A stretch of 64,000 bases of DNA from Thermoanaerobaculia bacterium (GCA_963664405.1 OY761158.1:3872001-3936000), one strand, 5' to 3'; counted from the stretch's first letter, positions 9,738 through 20,816 are shown. The notes: generated by a model not told the origin, from the sequence alone. Made by a program: numbers and translations.

Positions 9738-12548
9738 ATGAGATCTCCATCTGGGTGGAGGGGGCGAGCTGTCGTGTTGGCGGCCGCCGTGGTCTTCGGT
9801 TCCGCTTTGCTAGGCCCGGTGTGGAATCAGGAGACGGAGCCACCGCTACTGTCGAGCGAGCATGCGCCCGGCCCCAAAGAGTGGGTGGCACCTCGGACGG
9901 GGGAGCGTGAGGGGCTGGAGCCCGCGGCATTGCTCGAGGCTCGAAGGAATCCTGGGTCTGCCGCGGGCGTCAACTCGCCGGGGCGGGTGAGGACCGACGC
10001 GCCGGCCTGGTTCGAGCTCAATCACATCGATCCGAATATGCCGGAGTGGGCGGCCTATACGCTGGTGCCGCGGGACCCCGGGCCGATCCCGGCGCCGGAT
10101 TCTCGTTTCCACGACGTGGTGCGGATGGGCGAGGACTTCCGCGCCGACGACTACCCGGCCATCGTTACCAACCCAGACAATAGCGACGACGTGTGGATGA
10201 TCTGGGTGAGCTACTCGGGCCGACGCGACGAGCTTCGGCTGGCACGTCGTGACCCTGAGTTCGGTGTCTGGGGCCCGTGGAATCCCGTCCCCGGCGTGAC
10301 CGGCGACGTGTGGCGGCCGTCGCTCGCCTTCGATGCGAAGGGCAGATTGTGGATCATCTGGGCCCAGCAGCGACTCTTCGATGCCGCCTTCGATCTCTAC
10401 GCCCGCTGGTTCGACGGCGAGCGCTGGGGCCGAGTGGAGCGATTGACCACGGCTCCCGAAGGAGACTTCAATCACCAGGTGGCACGGGGCGACGACGGCA
10501 GGCTCCATCTGGTTTGGCAGGGATTTCGTGAGGGCCAATCGGACATCTTCTACCTCAGCTACGACGGCGAGTCATGGTCGCGCGAGCTGCGCCTCTCCGA
10601 CTCTGATGCCAACGACTGGGCACCCGCGGTCGCCACCAACTCGAAAGGCGAGGCCTTCGTTGTCTGGGACAGCTACGACCGGGGCGATTACGACGTCATC
10701 GGCAAGATCGTGCGCGACGGTGTGCCGGGGGGCCTGGTGACGGTGGCGGCCACCGACTTTTTCGAGGCACGAGCGACGGTCGCGGTCGATCGAGCCGATC
10801 GAGTGTGGATCGCCTACGAGGTCGGTGACAAAGGCTGGGGCAAGGACACCGGTCTCCTGATCGACCCGCAGCGCCAACCCGGGTCGATGCTCAACGACGA
10901 GCGCACGGTCCAGGTTCGGGTGTTCAGCCAGCCGGATCACTCGTGGAGCGCGGCCGTGCCCGAGCTCGGCACCCTCTTCCCGGAGCGGAGCACTCTTCCC
11001 TATACCGACACCAAGAACCCCTCGCTCCACGCGCCACATCTCGCAGTCGACGGTGACGGGCGGGTGAGCCTCGTCCTCCGAGCGCTCGAGAGCCCCGGTG
11101 GGCGGGTGCAGTACTGGCAGCCTTACATCACGACCATGACCGACCGGGGCTGGAATGATCCGGTTCGTCTGCCGTTTGGGCGCGGAAGGATGTCGATGAG
11201 CGTCGACGCCGTCCCTTCGACGGACGGAGGGCTCTGGCTGGTCTGGTCGCAGGACAACTGGCCCACTTTCGCGACCATGATCACCTTCCCCGAGGAGACG
11301 GTAGTGGAGAACGTCTATGCTGGACGCTTCGAGCCCGCCACCCGACCCGGCTTTCTCACCGGAGAACCGGTTCCACCGCCCTTTCCCGACCGTTCTCCCG
11401 GCCATCAGGATGAGGCCGGCGACGTGGCGCGCCTGCGTGGCTGGCGGACCCGAGTCGACGGCGAGGAGCTCCAGATCCTGCGCGGCGACACCCATCGCCA
11501 CACCGAGCTCTCATTGGATTCGCGCGGCACCCCGGACGGATCTGTCTTCGATTTCTACCGCTACATGCTCGACGCTGCCGCTATGGACTTCGGTCTCATC
11601 AGCGATCATCAGTACGGAGCCGAGCGCGAGTACTGGTGGTGGCTAGAGGAGAAGCTCGCCGACATGTTCCACTCTCCCGAGCGCTACATCGCGATGTTCG
11701 GTTACGAGCGCTCGATCAACTATCCGATGGGGCATCGCAACATCATCCACTCCAAGCGTGGCTGGGGCCCCGTCCCCTTCTACGGCAAGACCAGTTACTC
11801 CGGCACCGAGTACCCGAACATCCGCTACCACAACGGCATCGGGACGGTGCAGGACGACGACACCCGGATGCTCTACGAAGAGGTGCGTGCGAGCGGCGGC
11901 ATCACCATTCCGCACACCTCGGCCACCACCATGGGCACCGACTGGCGCGACAACGACCCCGAGATCGAGCCGCTGGTCGAGATCTTCCAGGGCGACCGTC
12001 ACAGCTACGAGAAGCCGGGAGCGCCACTGTCGGATCTCGCCGAGACCCCCCAGCAGGCGCTGACCGCTCCCGCTGCAGCCGGCTTTGTCTCCAACGCCTT
12101 GGCGAAGGGCTACAAGCTCGGCTTCATCGCCAGCTCCGATCACCTCTCGACCCATCTCTCCTACGCCATGGTTTGGGCGCCGGAACGCTCCCGCGAGGCG
12201 GTGCTCGACGCGATGCGAGCGCGGCGGACTTACGCCGCGACCGACAACATCGTGCTGGAGTTCTGGGTCGGCAAGCACTTCATGGGCGATGAGTTTGTGG
12301 CCGGCGCTGAGGGAGTGCCCGAGATTCGAGTCAAGGCCGTCGGTACAGGTCCCTTCCTGCAGGCGGACATCCTCCGCAACAGCGATACGATCCACTCCAG
12401 CTCTCCCGGTGAAGCGAGCGTCGAGATCCGCTATCGCGACCTCGAGCCAGGGCCGGGTACCAACTATTACTACGCACGGGTGATTCAGGAAGACGGACAG
12501 ACGGCCTGGAGCTCACCGATCTGGGTCGAGGTGGCACCGGCCCGCTGA
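9738..12548 (+). CDS. Exported beta-propeller plus PHP-like metallohydrolase (DUF3604/CehA-McbA-like)
   Basis: Repeated P.LA.D..G..W..W blades, then GDTHRHT, SDH, GHRN, PHT and SSDH metal-ligand motifs, and a C-terminal YYYARVIQ..AWSSPIW. Confidence 0.75.
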   Translation: MRSPSGWRGRAVVLAAAVVFGSALLGPVWNQETEPPLLSSEHAPGPKEWVAPRTGEREGLEPAALLEARRNPGSAAGVNSPGRVRTDAPAWFELNHIDPNMPEWAAYTLVPRDPGPIPAPDSRFHDVVRMGEDFRADDYPAIVTNPDNSDDVWMIWVSYSGRRDELRLARRDPEFGVWGPWNPVPGVTGDVWRPSLAFDAKGRLWIIWAQQRLFDAAFDLYARWFDGERWGRVERLTTAPEGDFNHQVARGDDGRLHLVWQGFREGQSDIFYLSYDGESWSRELRLSDSDANDWAPAVATNSKGEAFVVWDSYDRGDYDVIGKIVRDGVPGGLVTVAATDFFEARATVAVDRADRVWIAYEVGDKGWGKDTGLLIDPQRQPGSMLNDERTVQVRVFSQPDHSWSAAVPELGTLFPERSTLPYTDTKNPSLHAPHLAVDGDGRVSLVLRALESPGGRVQYWQPYITTMTDRGWNDPVRLPFGRGRMSMSVDAVPSTDGGLWLVWSQDNWPTFATMITFPEETVVENVYAGRFEPATRPGFLTGEPVPPPFPDRSPGHQDEAGDVARLRGWRTRVDGEELQILRGDTHRHTELSLDSRGTPDGSVFDFYRYMLDAAAMDFGLISDHQYGAEREYWWWLEEKLADMFHSPERYIAMFGYERSINYPMGHRNIIHSKRGWGPVPFYGKTSYSGTEYPNIRYHNGIGTVQDDDTRMLYEEVRASGGITIPHTSATTMGTDWRDNDPEIEPLVEIFQGDRHSYEKPGAPLSDLAETPQQALTAPAAAGFVSNALAKGYKLGFIASSDHLSTHLSYAMVWAPERSREAVLDAMRARRTYAATDNIVLEFWVGKHFMGDEFVAGAEGVPEIRVKAVGTGPFLQADILRNSDTIHSSSPGEASVEIRYRDLEPGPGTNYYYARVIQEDGQTAWSSPIWVEVAPAR

Positions 12549-12629
12549 GCGTGGCTCTGCCACTTTCGTCAGTAGAATGCTTGGACAGTCTGTTTGGAGA
12601 ACCCGATCCCGCTCGAGAAAGGAGCGAAC

Positions 12630-13355
12630 ATGAGATCACTCGGATTCGGTCTGGTCGTCGCCTTGATCCTCGCCAACACAGTGGCCCTCTCAGCGCAGAC
12701 GGATGTGGACATCGTCGGTGCCGACGGCGTCAAGCTCAGGGCTACCTATTCCTCGCCAGGTAAGGCCGGCCCCGGTATGTTGCTGATCCATCAATGCAAC
12801 ATGGACCGCAGCTCTTGGAGCGCGCTCACCAAGAAGTTGGTGGGAGCGGGTGTGCACGTGCTCGCAATGGACCTTCGCGGTTTCGGTGAAAGCCCAGGCG
12901 AAAAGCTGGGTTCGGGTGGGACTTTCCAGAACTTGATGAAGGTGTCTCCCGGCGACGTCGACGCGGCTCTGGCTTTTCTGCTCGACCAGAAAGGCGTCGA
13001 CAGCGCCAGTATTGGCGCAGGTGGCGCCAGCTGTGGAGCGATGCTCACTGCCGATTTGGCGAGCCGCAACGAGTCCGTGAAGACGCTGATGCTGCTCTCG
13101 GGTCCGCCCAGCGCCGCCGCCGTCGCGCACATGGCGGCGAGCTCCGAGCTGGCTGTCTTCGCGGCCGCTACCAGCGGTGACACAGTCACTCCGGGTGTCG
13201 GGGAAAAACTCAGCGCCGCGGTCGAGGGCTCGAAGAACGAGAGCTCGACGGCAATGATCTTCGAAGGCAGCGAGCACGGGCTGCCGATGTTCGCCAAGAA
13301 CCCAGCGCTCGGCCCTGAGCTTTTCGCCTGGCTCACCGGCCGGCTGCAGCAGTAG
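12630..13355 (+). CDS. Secreted alpha/beta hydrolase
   Basis: ATG 12630 after an AAAGGAG RBS; signal peptide; DLRGFGES, nucleophile elbow GASCG, C-terminal EHG. Confidence 0.8.
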   Translation: MRSLGFGLVVALILANTVALSAQTDVDIVGADGVKLRATYSSPGKAGPGMLLIHQCNMDRSSWSALTKKLVGAGVHVLAMDLRGFGESPGEKLGSGGTFQNLMKVSPGDVDAALAFLLDQKGVDSASIGAGGASCGAMLTADLASRNESVKTLMLLSGPPSAAAVAHMAASSELAVFAAATSGDTVTPGVGEKLSAAVEGSKNESSTAMIFEGSEHGLPMFAKNPALGPELFAWLTGRLQQ

Positions 13356-15115
13356 TGACTATCGGGGAGCTGCTCGAGCGAAGGGCGCTCGATCCGGAGT
13401 TCTCAGAGCGTCCGTTTCTGCTCTTCGAGGACGAGGTCTATACCTGGCAGGAGACCTGGGATAGGTCGGTTCTCTATGCCAACGCCATCCGGCGTTGGTG
13501 CGCGCGTCCCGACATGCCTCCACACGTCGGAGTTCTCACCGACAATCGTCCGGAGTTCGTGTTCGCCCTTCTAGGCTGTGCCCTGGCGGGAGCCGTGCTT
13601 GTCGCGCTCAACACGGTCTACCGCGGACAGACTCTGGCGCGCGCCATCACTCACTGCGATTGCCAGGTGCTGCTGATCGAGGAGGGCTTGGCCGACGAGA
13701 TCGAGAGCGTCCGCGACGACCTGGGGATGCTCGGCGATCGCATCTTCACCTTTTCGGCCTTGAGGGACGAGGGCGCCGTAGCCCAGCTACCGCCTGGCAT
13801 GGGGCGCTTGGACCGGCACCTGGAGGAGCTGCGCGAGCACGGTGGGGAGGCCGTGACTCGCAAGCCGGAGATCGAGGTCAGCCCGGACGATCCCTGGGCG
13901 ATCATCTTCACCTCGGGCTCCACCGGCGCTCCCAAGGCCATCGTCAACAGCCATCGCAAGGTGATGTCGGCGAGCTCGGAGCCGGTCGGCCCGGTGGCGT
14001 TGAGCGATCAAGATGTCTTCTATGCGGCGATGCCGCTCTTCCACTCCAACTCGCTAGGGCTGGGACTCATGCCCGCGCTCGTGCTTGGCGGCAAGCTTGC
14101 CATCGCGAGACGCTTCAGTGCCCGCGGCTTCCTACCGGACCTGCGACGCTACGGAGCTACCTGCTTCAACTACGTGGGCAAACCCTTCGCCTACATCCTG
14201 GCCACCGAAGAAGGTCCCAACGACGCTGAGAACCCACTGCGGGTGGCGGTGGGAGCGGGGGCGAGCGCGCGCCAGCAAGATGAGTTCAAGCGCCGCTTCG
14301 GCGTCGATGAGGTGGTGGAGACCTTCGGCTCGACCGAGTCGGGCGCCAGCACCGTTCGTCTTCAGGACGATCCGCGCGGGAGTGTCGGCGCCATGCCGCC
14401 CCATGTACGGATCCTGAACCCGAGTGACGAAGAGTGCGCACCTGCGGAGGTGGACGCGAGTGGCGCACTCCTCAACTACGAGGAGGCGGTAGGGGAGATC
14501 GTCAACATCGACGGCCCCGGCCTCTTCGAGAGCTACTACAAGAACCTAGAGGCCAGCGCTGCCAAGACCCGCGGTGGTAAGTTTCGCAGCGGAGACCTCG
14601 GCTACTGCCGCGTGCACGATCGCGATGGAGAGCCGACCCGCTTTCTCTATTACGTCGGGCGCACCGACGACTGGATCCGCAAGGATGGCGAGAACTTCGT
14701 CGCCGAGCCGATCGAGGAGATCCTGATGCGCCACCCGGACATCGAGGTCTGCTCGGTCTACGGAGTTCCCTGCGCTCAGGGCGACGACCATGTGATGGCC
14801 GCGCTCGTTCTACGGGGTGGAGCCCACCTCGATCCTGCCGCGTTCTACCGGTTCCTGGAGAGCCAGCCCGACTTCTCGCCGAAGTGGATGCCCGACTACC
14901 TCCGCCTGGCGACCTCGCTGCCCCAGACTCAGACCCTGAAGATCGTCCGCGGCGCTCTTCAGCGCGAGGGCTTCGATCTCGCTCGAGTTGAGGACTCGCT
15001 CTACTGGCGGGAGCGTGGCGAGGTCGCCTGGAAGCCCTTCACTGCGACCGATTTCAACAGGGTGCGAGACGACTTCGGGCGAGCGGGGCGAGCGGAGGTC
15101 TTGTCACGATCCTGA
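13355..15115 (+). CDS. Acyl-CoA synthetase (AMP-binding, FadD17/CaiC-like)
   Basis: FTSGSTGAPK, FGSTE, SGDLG and RKDGEN motifs. Confidence 0.9.
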   Translation: MTIGELLERRALDPEFSERPFLLFEDEVYTWQETWDRSVLYANAIRRWCARPDMPPHVGVLTDNRPEFVFALLGCALAGAVLVALNTVYRGQTLARAITHCDCQVLLIEEGLADEIESVRDDLGMLGDRIFTFSALRDEGAVAQLPPGMGRLDRHLEELREHGGEAVTRKPEIEVSPDDPWAIIFTSGSTGAPKAIVNSHRKVMSASSEPVGPVALSDQDVFYAAMPLFHSNSLGLGLMPALVLGGKLAIARRFSARGFLPDLRRYGATCFNYVGKPFAYILATEEGPNDAENPLRVAVGAGASARQQDEFKRRFGVDEVVETFGSTESGASTVRLQDDPRGSVGAMPPHVRILNPSDEECAPAEVDASGALLNYEEAVGEIVNIDGPGLFESYYKNLEASAAKTRGGKFRSGDLGYCRVHDRDGEPTRFLYYVGRTDDWIRKDGENFVAEPIEEILMRHPDIEVCSVYGVPCAQGDDHVMAALVLRGGAHLDPAAFYRFLESQPDFSPKWMPDYLRLATSLPQTQTLKIVRGALQREGFDLARVEDSLYWRERGEVAWKPFTATDFNRVRDDFGRAGRAEVLSRS

Positions 15116-15159
15116 AGCGGACAAAGACGGCGGGTAACGCCTCGTCCCTTGCGCTTTCC

Positions 15160-16764
15160 TTGGCCATCTCTTTGATGGCGGGTGACCGGCAGCCGGTTCA
15201 CGCTCAGATCCTGACCAGCTTTCTCGACGCTGCGACCTCGCCGGTTCGCTACAGCGAAGCAAAGGCGAAGCCCGAGATCGAGTGCCGCCGGCTCCTTTCG
15301 CTTACCAGCTTCGACTTTGCCGTCATCTCGGCCCGCGAGATGACTGGGCACGACACCGTCGGTGCCCATTGCCGCGTTGTCGGCCACATCGCGCCCCAGA
15401 TCCGATTCCAGGTGAATTTGCCGACGGCCTGGAACGAGCGCCTTTACATGATCGGCAACGGCGGTTTTGCTGGTGCTCATCCGGATAGCTCTGCCTTCTT
15501 GCGCTGGCAAGAGCGCGGGGTCGCCAACGGCTTCATCTCGGTGTACATGGATACCGGTCACGACGCCTCGGTCGAGCCTGGCAGTAGCTTCGCCGACGGC
15601 AACCTTTCAAAGGAGGTCGACTTCGGCTTCCGCTCCCTCAAGGTCACGGCCGATGTTGCCAAGTTGATTGCGGAGCGCTACTACGGGCGGCCTCCGCGGC
15701 GCTCCTACTTCGACGGCTGCTCGACAGGCGGTCGCCAGGCCTTCGTCATCGCCCAGCGTTTCCCCGATGCCTTCGACGGTATCGTCGCGGGGGCGCCACC
15801 CTTCGACGCCACCGGCTTCTTTCTGTTGAGTCACCACGCAGTCAGCGCGCTCGAGAAGATCGAGATGACGCGGGAGCGACTTGCTGTCCTCGGCGAAGCC
15901 GTCTATCGCGAGTGCGATGGGGTCGACGGGCTCACAGACGGCGTTATCGAGGATCCCCGGCGTTGCCCCTTCGACCCGGTTGAAGACCTGCCGGCGTGCG
16001 AGCGGGACGCTCCCGGCAAGAGTTGCTTTACGCGCTCCCAGCGCGAGGCGCTAGCCGACCTCTACGGCCCGCTGCGCGCTGGAGGTAGCGAGCTTCACCC
16101 AGGAGTTCCGTTCGGCGCCGAGCCCCTCGGTCAGCCGCCGGCAGGCAGTTCGCCGACCGGCCTGGTGTCGGGCTGGGAGCCGCGCCTGTGGGCTCCTACA
16201 CCGGCGACTGGGGCAGACACGCGCACTTTGCTCGAGCAGCGGGTCGATGACTGGATCACATTCCTCGCGTTCGAGGACGACGATGCCGAGCGCACCTGGC
16301 GAGATTTCGATCTCGACCGTGATCTTGATCGAGTCGGCCTCTCCACCGCTATCCTGAGCGCACTCGACACCGACCTCGCTCCACTTGCAGAGGCTGGCGG
16401 CAGGCTGATCGTTTATCACGGGTGGGCCGACGCTGGACCCAGTCCACAGCGTACGGCGGAGTACTTCGAAGCGCTGCAGGAGGAGATGGGGATGACGGCG
16501 GCTCACGGTACCGCTCGCTTGTTCATGGTGCCAGGCATGTTTCACTGCTCCGGCGGAGTGAACGTGGACCGCATCGACGCGATGACGGCTTTGATCAACT
16601 GGGTGGAGGAAGGAGTGGCTCCCTCCGAGCTCCTCGCGCGGCGTGAGGAGGGCGGCAAAGTGGTCCGTGCAAGACCGATCTGTGCCTATCCTCAGGTGGC
16701 CCGTTACACGGGAGAGGGGAGCACCGAGGAGGCCGCTAACTTTCGTTGTGTGAGTCGCGAATGA
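15160..16764 (+). CDS. Tannase/feruloyl esterase family hydrolase
   Basis: GCSTGG, DGIVAGAP, HGWAD, PGMFHC and RPICAYP motifs; start uncertain. Confidence 0.9.
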   Translation: MAISLMAGDRQPVHAQILTSFLDAATSPVRYSEAKAKPEIECRRLLSLTSFDFAVISAREMTGHDTVGAHCRVVGHIAPQIRFQVNLPTAWNERLYMIGNGGFAGAHPDSSAFLRWQERGVANGFISVYMDTGHDASVEPGSSFADGNLSKEVDFGFRSLKVTADVAKLIAERYYGRPPRRSYFDGCSTGGRQAFVIAQRFPDAFDGIVAGAPPFDATGFFLLSHHAVSALEKIEMTRERLAVLGEAVYRECDGVDGLTDGVIEDPRRCPFDPVEDLPACERDAPGKSCFTRSQREALADLYGPLRAGGSELHPGVPFGAEPLGQPPAGSSPTGLVSGWEPRLWAPTPATGADTRTLLEQRVDDWITFLAFEDDDAERTWRDFDLDRDLDRVGLSTAILSALDTDLAPLAEAGGRLIVYHGWADAGPSPQRTAEYFEALQEEMGMTAAHGTARLFMVPGMFHCSGGVNVDRIDAMTALINWVEEGVAPSELLARREEGGKVVRARPICAYPQVARYTGEGSTEEAANFRCVSRE

Positions 16765-16778
16765 AGAAGGATCGCAGA

Positions 16779-16912
16779 CTAGACCAGCGTTTCCAAAGTA
16801 ACGATCCAGGTGCAGCGACGGTCAAATCTCCGATGTCGCCTCTCCGAACAGGGCCACCAGCCGTCATCTCGGCCCCTACCGTTGTAGCGAGACTTAGGAA
16901 ACGCTGGTCTAG
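16779..16912. mobile_element. MITE-like element family B, copy 1
   Basis: CTAG-ACCAGCGTTTCC ... GGAAACGCTGGT-CTAG perfect terminal inverted repeat; the right CTAG is the AraC gene stop. Confidence 0.8.
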
Positions 16913-17913
16913 TGCTGCCACTTCCGCCGCAACGTGCTGGATGGCGACTCTCCGAAGCACTCTCTATAGGCGGTTGAGAACTCGCCAAAGTGCCAGAAGC
17001 CCCAGTCCAGTGCCACATTCGTCACCGTCGTCGAACCTCGGGTGGCAGTCTCCAGGGCGCGTCGCGCTTGGTGAAGTCGGACCCGCTTCACGAAGCTCAT
17101 CGGCGATATCCCCAGCGCCGCGTGAAAGGCCGTCTGAAGGGTTCTCTCGCTCACTCGGGCGGCCTCGCACAGATCAGCCACGTAGAGGCGTTGATTGGGA
17201 TCGGCAAGAGCACGTTTCTCGGCGAGTCGAACGATTCGGCTATAGCGCCCCCGCGTCGCGTCGCTGCGGGAGGGCTCGGGCGCCTCAGCCGTGGACAGCG
17301 CCTCCAGTAGTGCCTCGATGACTTCGACTTCAGCAGATTCTCTCAGATCAGGGCGTTCGTCGAAGAGCTGCGGGCGACGCTCGGCGACCACCGAGAGGCG
17401 GTGGCACAGCTCATAGAGCGATCGATTACCTGGCACGTTTACGCGCATTCGTGCCATTCCGGAAGGAACTGCGAAGTTTCGCACGCGACGACGACGACGG
17501 AGTTGTTCGAGGAGCCGTGCCGGCGGGAGCATGATCATCACGCTCCGATAGCCTCGCTCGACGACGACCTCGCTCACTGATCCCGGTGCCCCGACAACCA
17601 ACTCGTCCGGCCGCATGGCGATTCCGTTCAACCGCCCTCGAGCTTTCGGCGCCACCACCTGGAACCCCACCAGGCCCGCGGCCACCGTGGTGCGGGAGCG
17701 GAGTCGCGCCTTGACTCGGTGAACGACGACAAGGCAATTCGCAAGTCTTATCGCGACCCGACGCGCCCGGAAGGGAGCGGCATCCAGGTGGATGACCTCT
17801 TGGTAGACTGCCTCGAAGCCTTCACTGGATTTGGTGGGTACCTTGACATCGAAGACGGTCACCGCCGCCGCTTCTGGCTCGGTGGCAAGATTGCTGAGTG
17901 GCTTCACAGACAT
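16909..17913 (-). CDS. AraC-family transcriptional regulator (EutR-like)
   Basis: C-terminal VADLCEAARVSERTLQTAF...VALDWGFWHFGEFSTAYRECFGESPSSTL. Confidence 0.92.
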   Translation of the reverse strand: MSVKPLSNLATEPEAAAVTVFDVKVPTKSSEGFEAVYQEVIHLDAAPFRARRVAIRLANCLVVVHRVKARLRSRTTVAAGLVGFQVVAPKARGRLNGIAMRPDELVVGAPGSVSEVVVERGYRSVMIMLPPARLLEQLRRRRRVRNFAVPSGMARMRVNVPGNRSLYELCHRLSVVAERRPQLFDERPDLRESAEVEVIEALLEALSTAEAPEPSRSDATRGRYSRIVRLAEKRALADPNQRLYVADLCEAARVSERTLQTAFHAALGISPMSFVKRVRLHQARRALETATRGSTTVTNVALDWGFWHFGEFSTAYRECFGESPSSTLRRKWQH

Positions 17914-18010
17914 CGAGATTATCGCGGAATTCCGATAGCTTGCACTTCGGCAGCTGCCTAAGATGAGCCATCTTACTTACTCTCGAGTAAGGGGCGCAGG
18001 GGGGGGAATT

Positions 18011-19813
18011 GTGAACAGTGAGTCGTCGATCCACCGGCACACGATCGTAGTTTTGATAGCCATCGCGCTGGCGACCACCGCGATGGCACAAGAGGATGCA
18101 CGACCGAATATCGTCATCCTCCTTGCCGACGACATGGGATTTGCGGACCTCGGGTCTTTCGGTGGCGAGATCGCCACTCCGAATATCGACGCCCTGGCCA
18201 CCGCCGGCGTTCGCTTCACCAACTTCTATACCCACGCCAGCTGCTCGCCCACCAGGTCGCTGCTGCTGTCCGGAGTCGACACCCACCTCAACGGCCTCGG
18301 CAACATGAGCGAGTGGACTGCCCCCAACCAGCGGGGCGTGCCGGGCTACGAGGGATACCTCAACGATCGGGTCGCGACCCTACCCCAGCTCCTCCGCGGG
18401 GCCGGTTACCACACCTACATGACCGGCAAGTGGCATATGGGAAAGGCGCCGGACAAGATCCCCGCCGCGCGCGGCTTCGAGCGAGACTTCTCACTCCTGG
18501 ACGGCGGCGGAAACTACTGGGACATGACCAACGTCGTCGCCGCCTCGCCTAGGCTGGTCTTTACCGAGGACGGAAGCTACTTGAAGAGTCTTCCGCCGGA
18601 CTACTACGCGACCAGAACTTATACCGACAAGATGATCGAGTACATCGAATCGAATCGAGAGGACGGAAAACCGTTCTTCGCCTACGTTGCCCACCAGGCA
18701 CCTCACGACCCCTACCATCTGCCTCGCGAGTGGCGAAAGCGCCACGTTGGCGAGTACGACAAGGCCTGGGACGCGGTACGTCAAGAGCGGCTTGCCCGGC
18801 AGATCGAGCTCGGCATCGTTCCCGAGGGAACCGAGCTGTCGGAACGGATGTGGTTCGTTCCTGACCCTACGGTCCTTGCACCAGCGTCACGGGCCACTCT
18901 CGGCATGAAGATGGAGCTTTACGCCGGGATGGTAGAGAACATGGATTTTCACATAGGGCGTTTGATCGAATACTTGAAGCAGATCAACGAGTACGACAAC
19001 ACGATTTTCATCGTCTTCGGCGACAACGGCGCCGAGGGGACCGACCTCTTCGCGATGATCGCCGGTAGTCCCGGGACGTTGAACTACCTCTGGGCAGCCG
19101 TCAATTGGTCGCAGACCCATCCCAACTCCTGGGGTGATCCCGGCTCGTTCGTCGGCTATGGACCGATGTGGGCACAGGTATCGATGACTCCCTTCAGCCA
19201 ATACAAAGGTTGGCTTGCCGAGGGAGGCATCCGCAATGCCCTCATCGTCAGCGGTCCGGTGAGCCGGAGATCGGCAGGGAGTATCAACCACAGCTTCCTG
19301 CATGTGGCCGACATCATGCCGACCCTGCTGGAGGTCGCTGCCGTCGACTATCCCGAAGCGCTGAATGGCCAGGCCTTACCACCCCTGATCGGGAAGTCCT
19401 GGGTTCCGCTGCTGTCGGGCGAGACCGAGTCTCCGAGGACCGACGAAGACTGGATGGCATGGGAGCTATTCGGCAACCGTGCCCTGCGTCAGGGAAGCTG
19501 GAAGCTACGCTGGCAGTCGAGGCCTTTCGGCAAGGGAGACTGGGAGCTCTTCGATCTCGCGAAGGATGTAGCGGAGCGTCACGATCTCGCTCGAGAGCGG
19601 CCCGAAAAACTAGCGGAAATGACCGGGCTGTGGGAGGAGTACGCCGCCACCAACAACGTGATACTGCCCAGCCGCTCGGTGTACGAAGACCTGCAAAACA
19701 CCCTCCCGACGCGCTTTCCGCAAGTGCCGGGCTACCCACCGCTGATTTACAAAGGCCAGTTCGTCCCGCCACCGGAGATGATGGCCGAGCCAAAAGAAGG
19801 GAGCCACCCTTGA
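18011..19813 (+). CDS. Arylsulfatase (AtsA-like)
   Basis: RPNIVILLADDMG, CSPTR formylglycine motif, GKWHMG, GDNG. GTG 18011 follows a G-rich RBS and begins a signal peptide. Confidence 0.92.
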   Translation: MNSESSIHRHTIVVLIAIALATTAMAQEDARPNIVILLADDMGFADLGSFGGEIATPNIDALATAGVRFTNFYTHASCSPTRSLLLSGVDTHLNGLGNMSEWTAPNQRGVPGYEGYLNDRVATLPQLLRGAGYHTYMTGKWHMGKAPDKIPAARGFERDFSLLDGGGNYWDMTNVVAASPRLVFTEDGSYLKSLPPDYYATRTYTDKMIEYIESNREDGKPFFAYVAHQAPHDPYHLPREWRKRHVGEYDKAWDAVRQERLARQIELGIVPEGTELSERMWFVPDPTVLAPASRATLGMKMELYAGMVENMDFHIGRLIEYLKQINEYDNTIFIVFGDNGAEGTDLFAMIAGSPGTLNYLWAAVNWSQTHPNSWGDPGSFVGYGPMWAQVSMTPFSQYKGWLAEGGIRNALIVSGPVSRRSAGSINHSFLHVADIMPTLLEVAAVDYPEALNGQALPPLIGKSWVPLLSGETESPRTDEDWMAWELFGNRALRQGSWKLRWQSRPFGKGDWELFDLAKDVAERHDLARERPEKLAEMTGLWEEYAATNNVILPSRSVYEDLQNTLPTRFPQVPGYPPLIYKGQFVPPPEMMAEPKEGSHP

Positions 19814-20787
19814 AGCACGCTCTGTCGCCTTCTCGTCTCGCTAGCGGCTTCGCGTTCGTGCTCTGTCTTGTCCCGATGCTGGCCTCCGCGCAGGTCCCGC
19901 CCCGCTTTTACTGGAAGACACTTTCCGGCGCCAACGCTTTCCCGCTCATCTATCTGTCCGTGAGCGGCAACAGTAATCCTTTTGACCCGGCTCACGTGGT
20001 GAGCGACATCGAGTTCGAGGCCGAGGTCTTCATGGTCGGCTACGCCAAGGTGTTTACTCTTTTTGACCGCTCCGCGACGGTGGCGGTGCTGGAGACCATG
20101 GGCCGCGTCACCGCAGACACGAGGCTGGGAGGGCTCGGCGCCATCGAGCAGACCACCGGTTTCGGCGATCCGCTGGTGGAGCTCGCGATCGGCTTACTCG
20201 GCCCGCCGCCGATCAAGAACATGCCCGACCTGTTGCGCTACGAGCCGGGGTTCTCGCTCGATCTCTTGGTCGACCTCGTGCTGCCGATCGGCGAGTACGA
20301 CCGGGAGGCGGCAGTGAATCTCGGTCAGAACCGATGGTACGGCCGGGTCGGTTTCCCCATCGTCTGGCAGCTCAGCCGGTGGGTGCCGGGCAAGCGGACT
20401 ACGCTCGAGCTCTTGCCCTCACTCTGGCTCTACGGCGACAACGACGACTTTCAGGGTGCCACTCTGGAGACCGATCCCATGTTCCAGGTTGAGGGGCATC
20501 TCACTCGAGATTTTGGCGAGTCTTTCTGGGCTTCACTCGATTCGACCTTGATGACCGGCGGAAAATCCACCATTCAGGGGCATGTCGGCGAATCGTTGAG
20601 TAACCTTGGGGTGGGATTCACCATGGGTTATCAGCTCTCCGAGAATCTCCAGATGACCGCCGGCTACATGGCCTCTATTGACGACAGCGCTCCGACCGAT
20701 CTACGGATGGATGTGTTCAAGGTCTCTCTCGTCTACGGATGGCACAAGATCATCGAAGGTATGGGGCGGTTAGGAAGCGCCGAGTAG
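19810..20787 (+). CDS. Outer-membrane beta-barrel 'transporter' (MetA-pathway of phenol degradation/QbdB-like)
   Basis: TTG start overlapping the sulfatase stop; signal peptide; GFGDP and PIGEYD...VNLGQNRW motifs. Confidence 0.75.
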   Translation: MKHALSPSRLASGFAFVLCLVPMLASAQVPPRFYWKTLSGANAFPLIYLSVSGNSNPFDPAHVVSDIEFEAEVFMVGYAKVFTLFDRSATVAVLETMGRVTADTRLGGLGAIEQTTGFGDPLVELAIGLLGPPPIKNMPDLLRYEPGFSLDLLVDLVLPIGEYDREAAVNLGQNRWYGRVGFPIVWQLSRWVPGKRTTLELLPSLWLYGDNDDFQGATLETDPMFQVEGHLTRDFGESFWASLDSTLMTGGKSTIQGHVGESLSNLGVGFTMGYQLSENLQMTAGYMASIDDSAPTDLRMDVFKVSLVYGWHKIIEGMGRLGSAE

Positions 20788-20816
20788 GGGCGGCATCGAG
20801 GGGAGGGAACAGGCTG

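Noticed and set aside
19168-19809. Long upstream extensions of track ORFs (19168, 28996, 58251, 60127, 9120)
   Set aside because: They overlap upstream genes in another frame; shorter starts with an RBS or coupled stop/start fit better.
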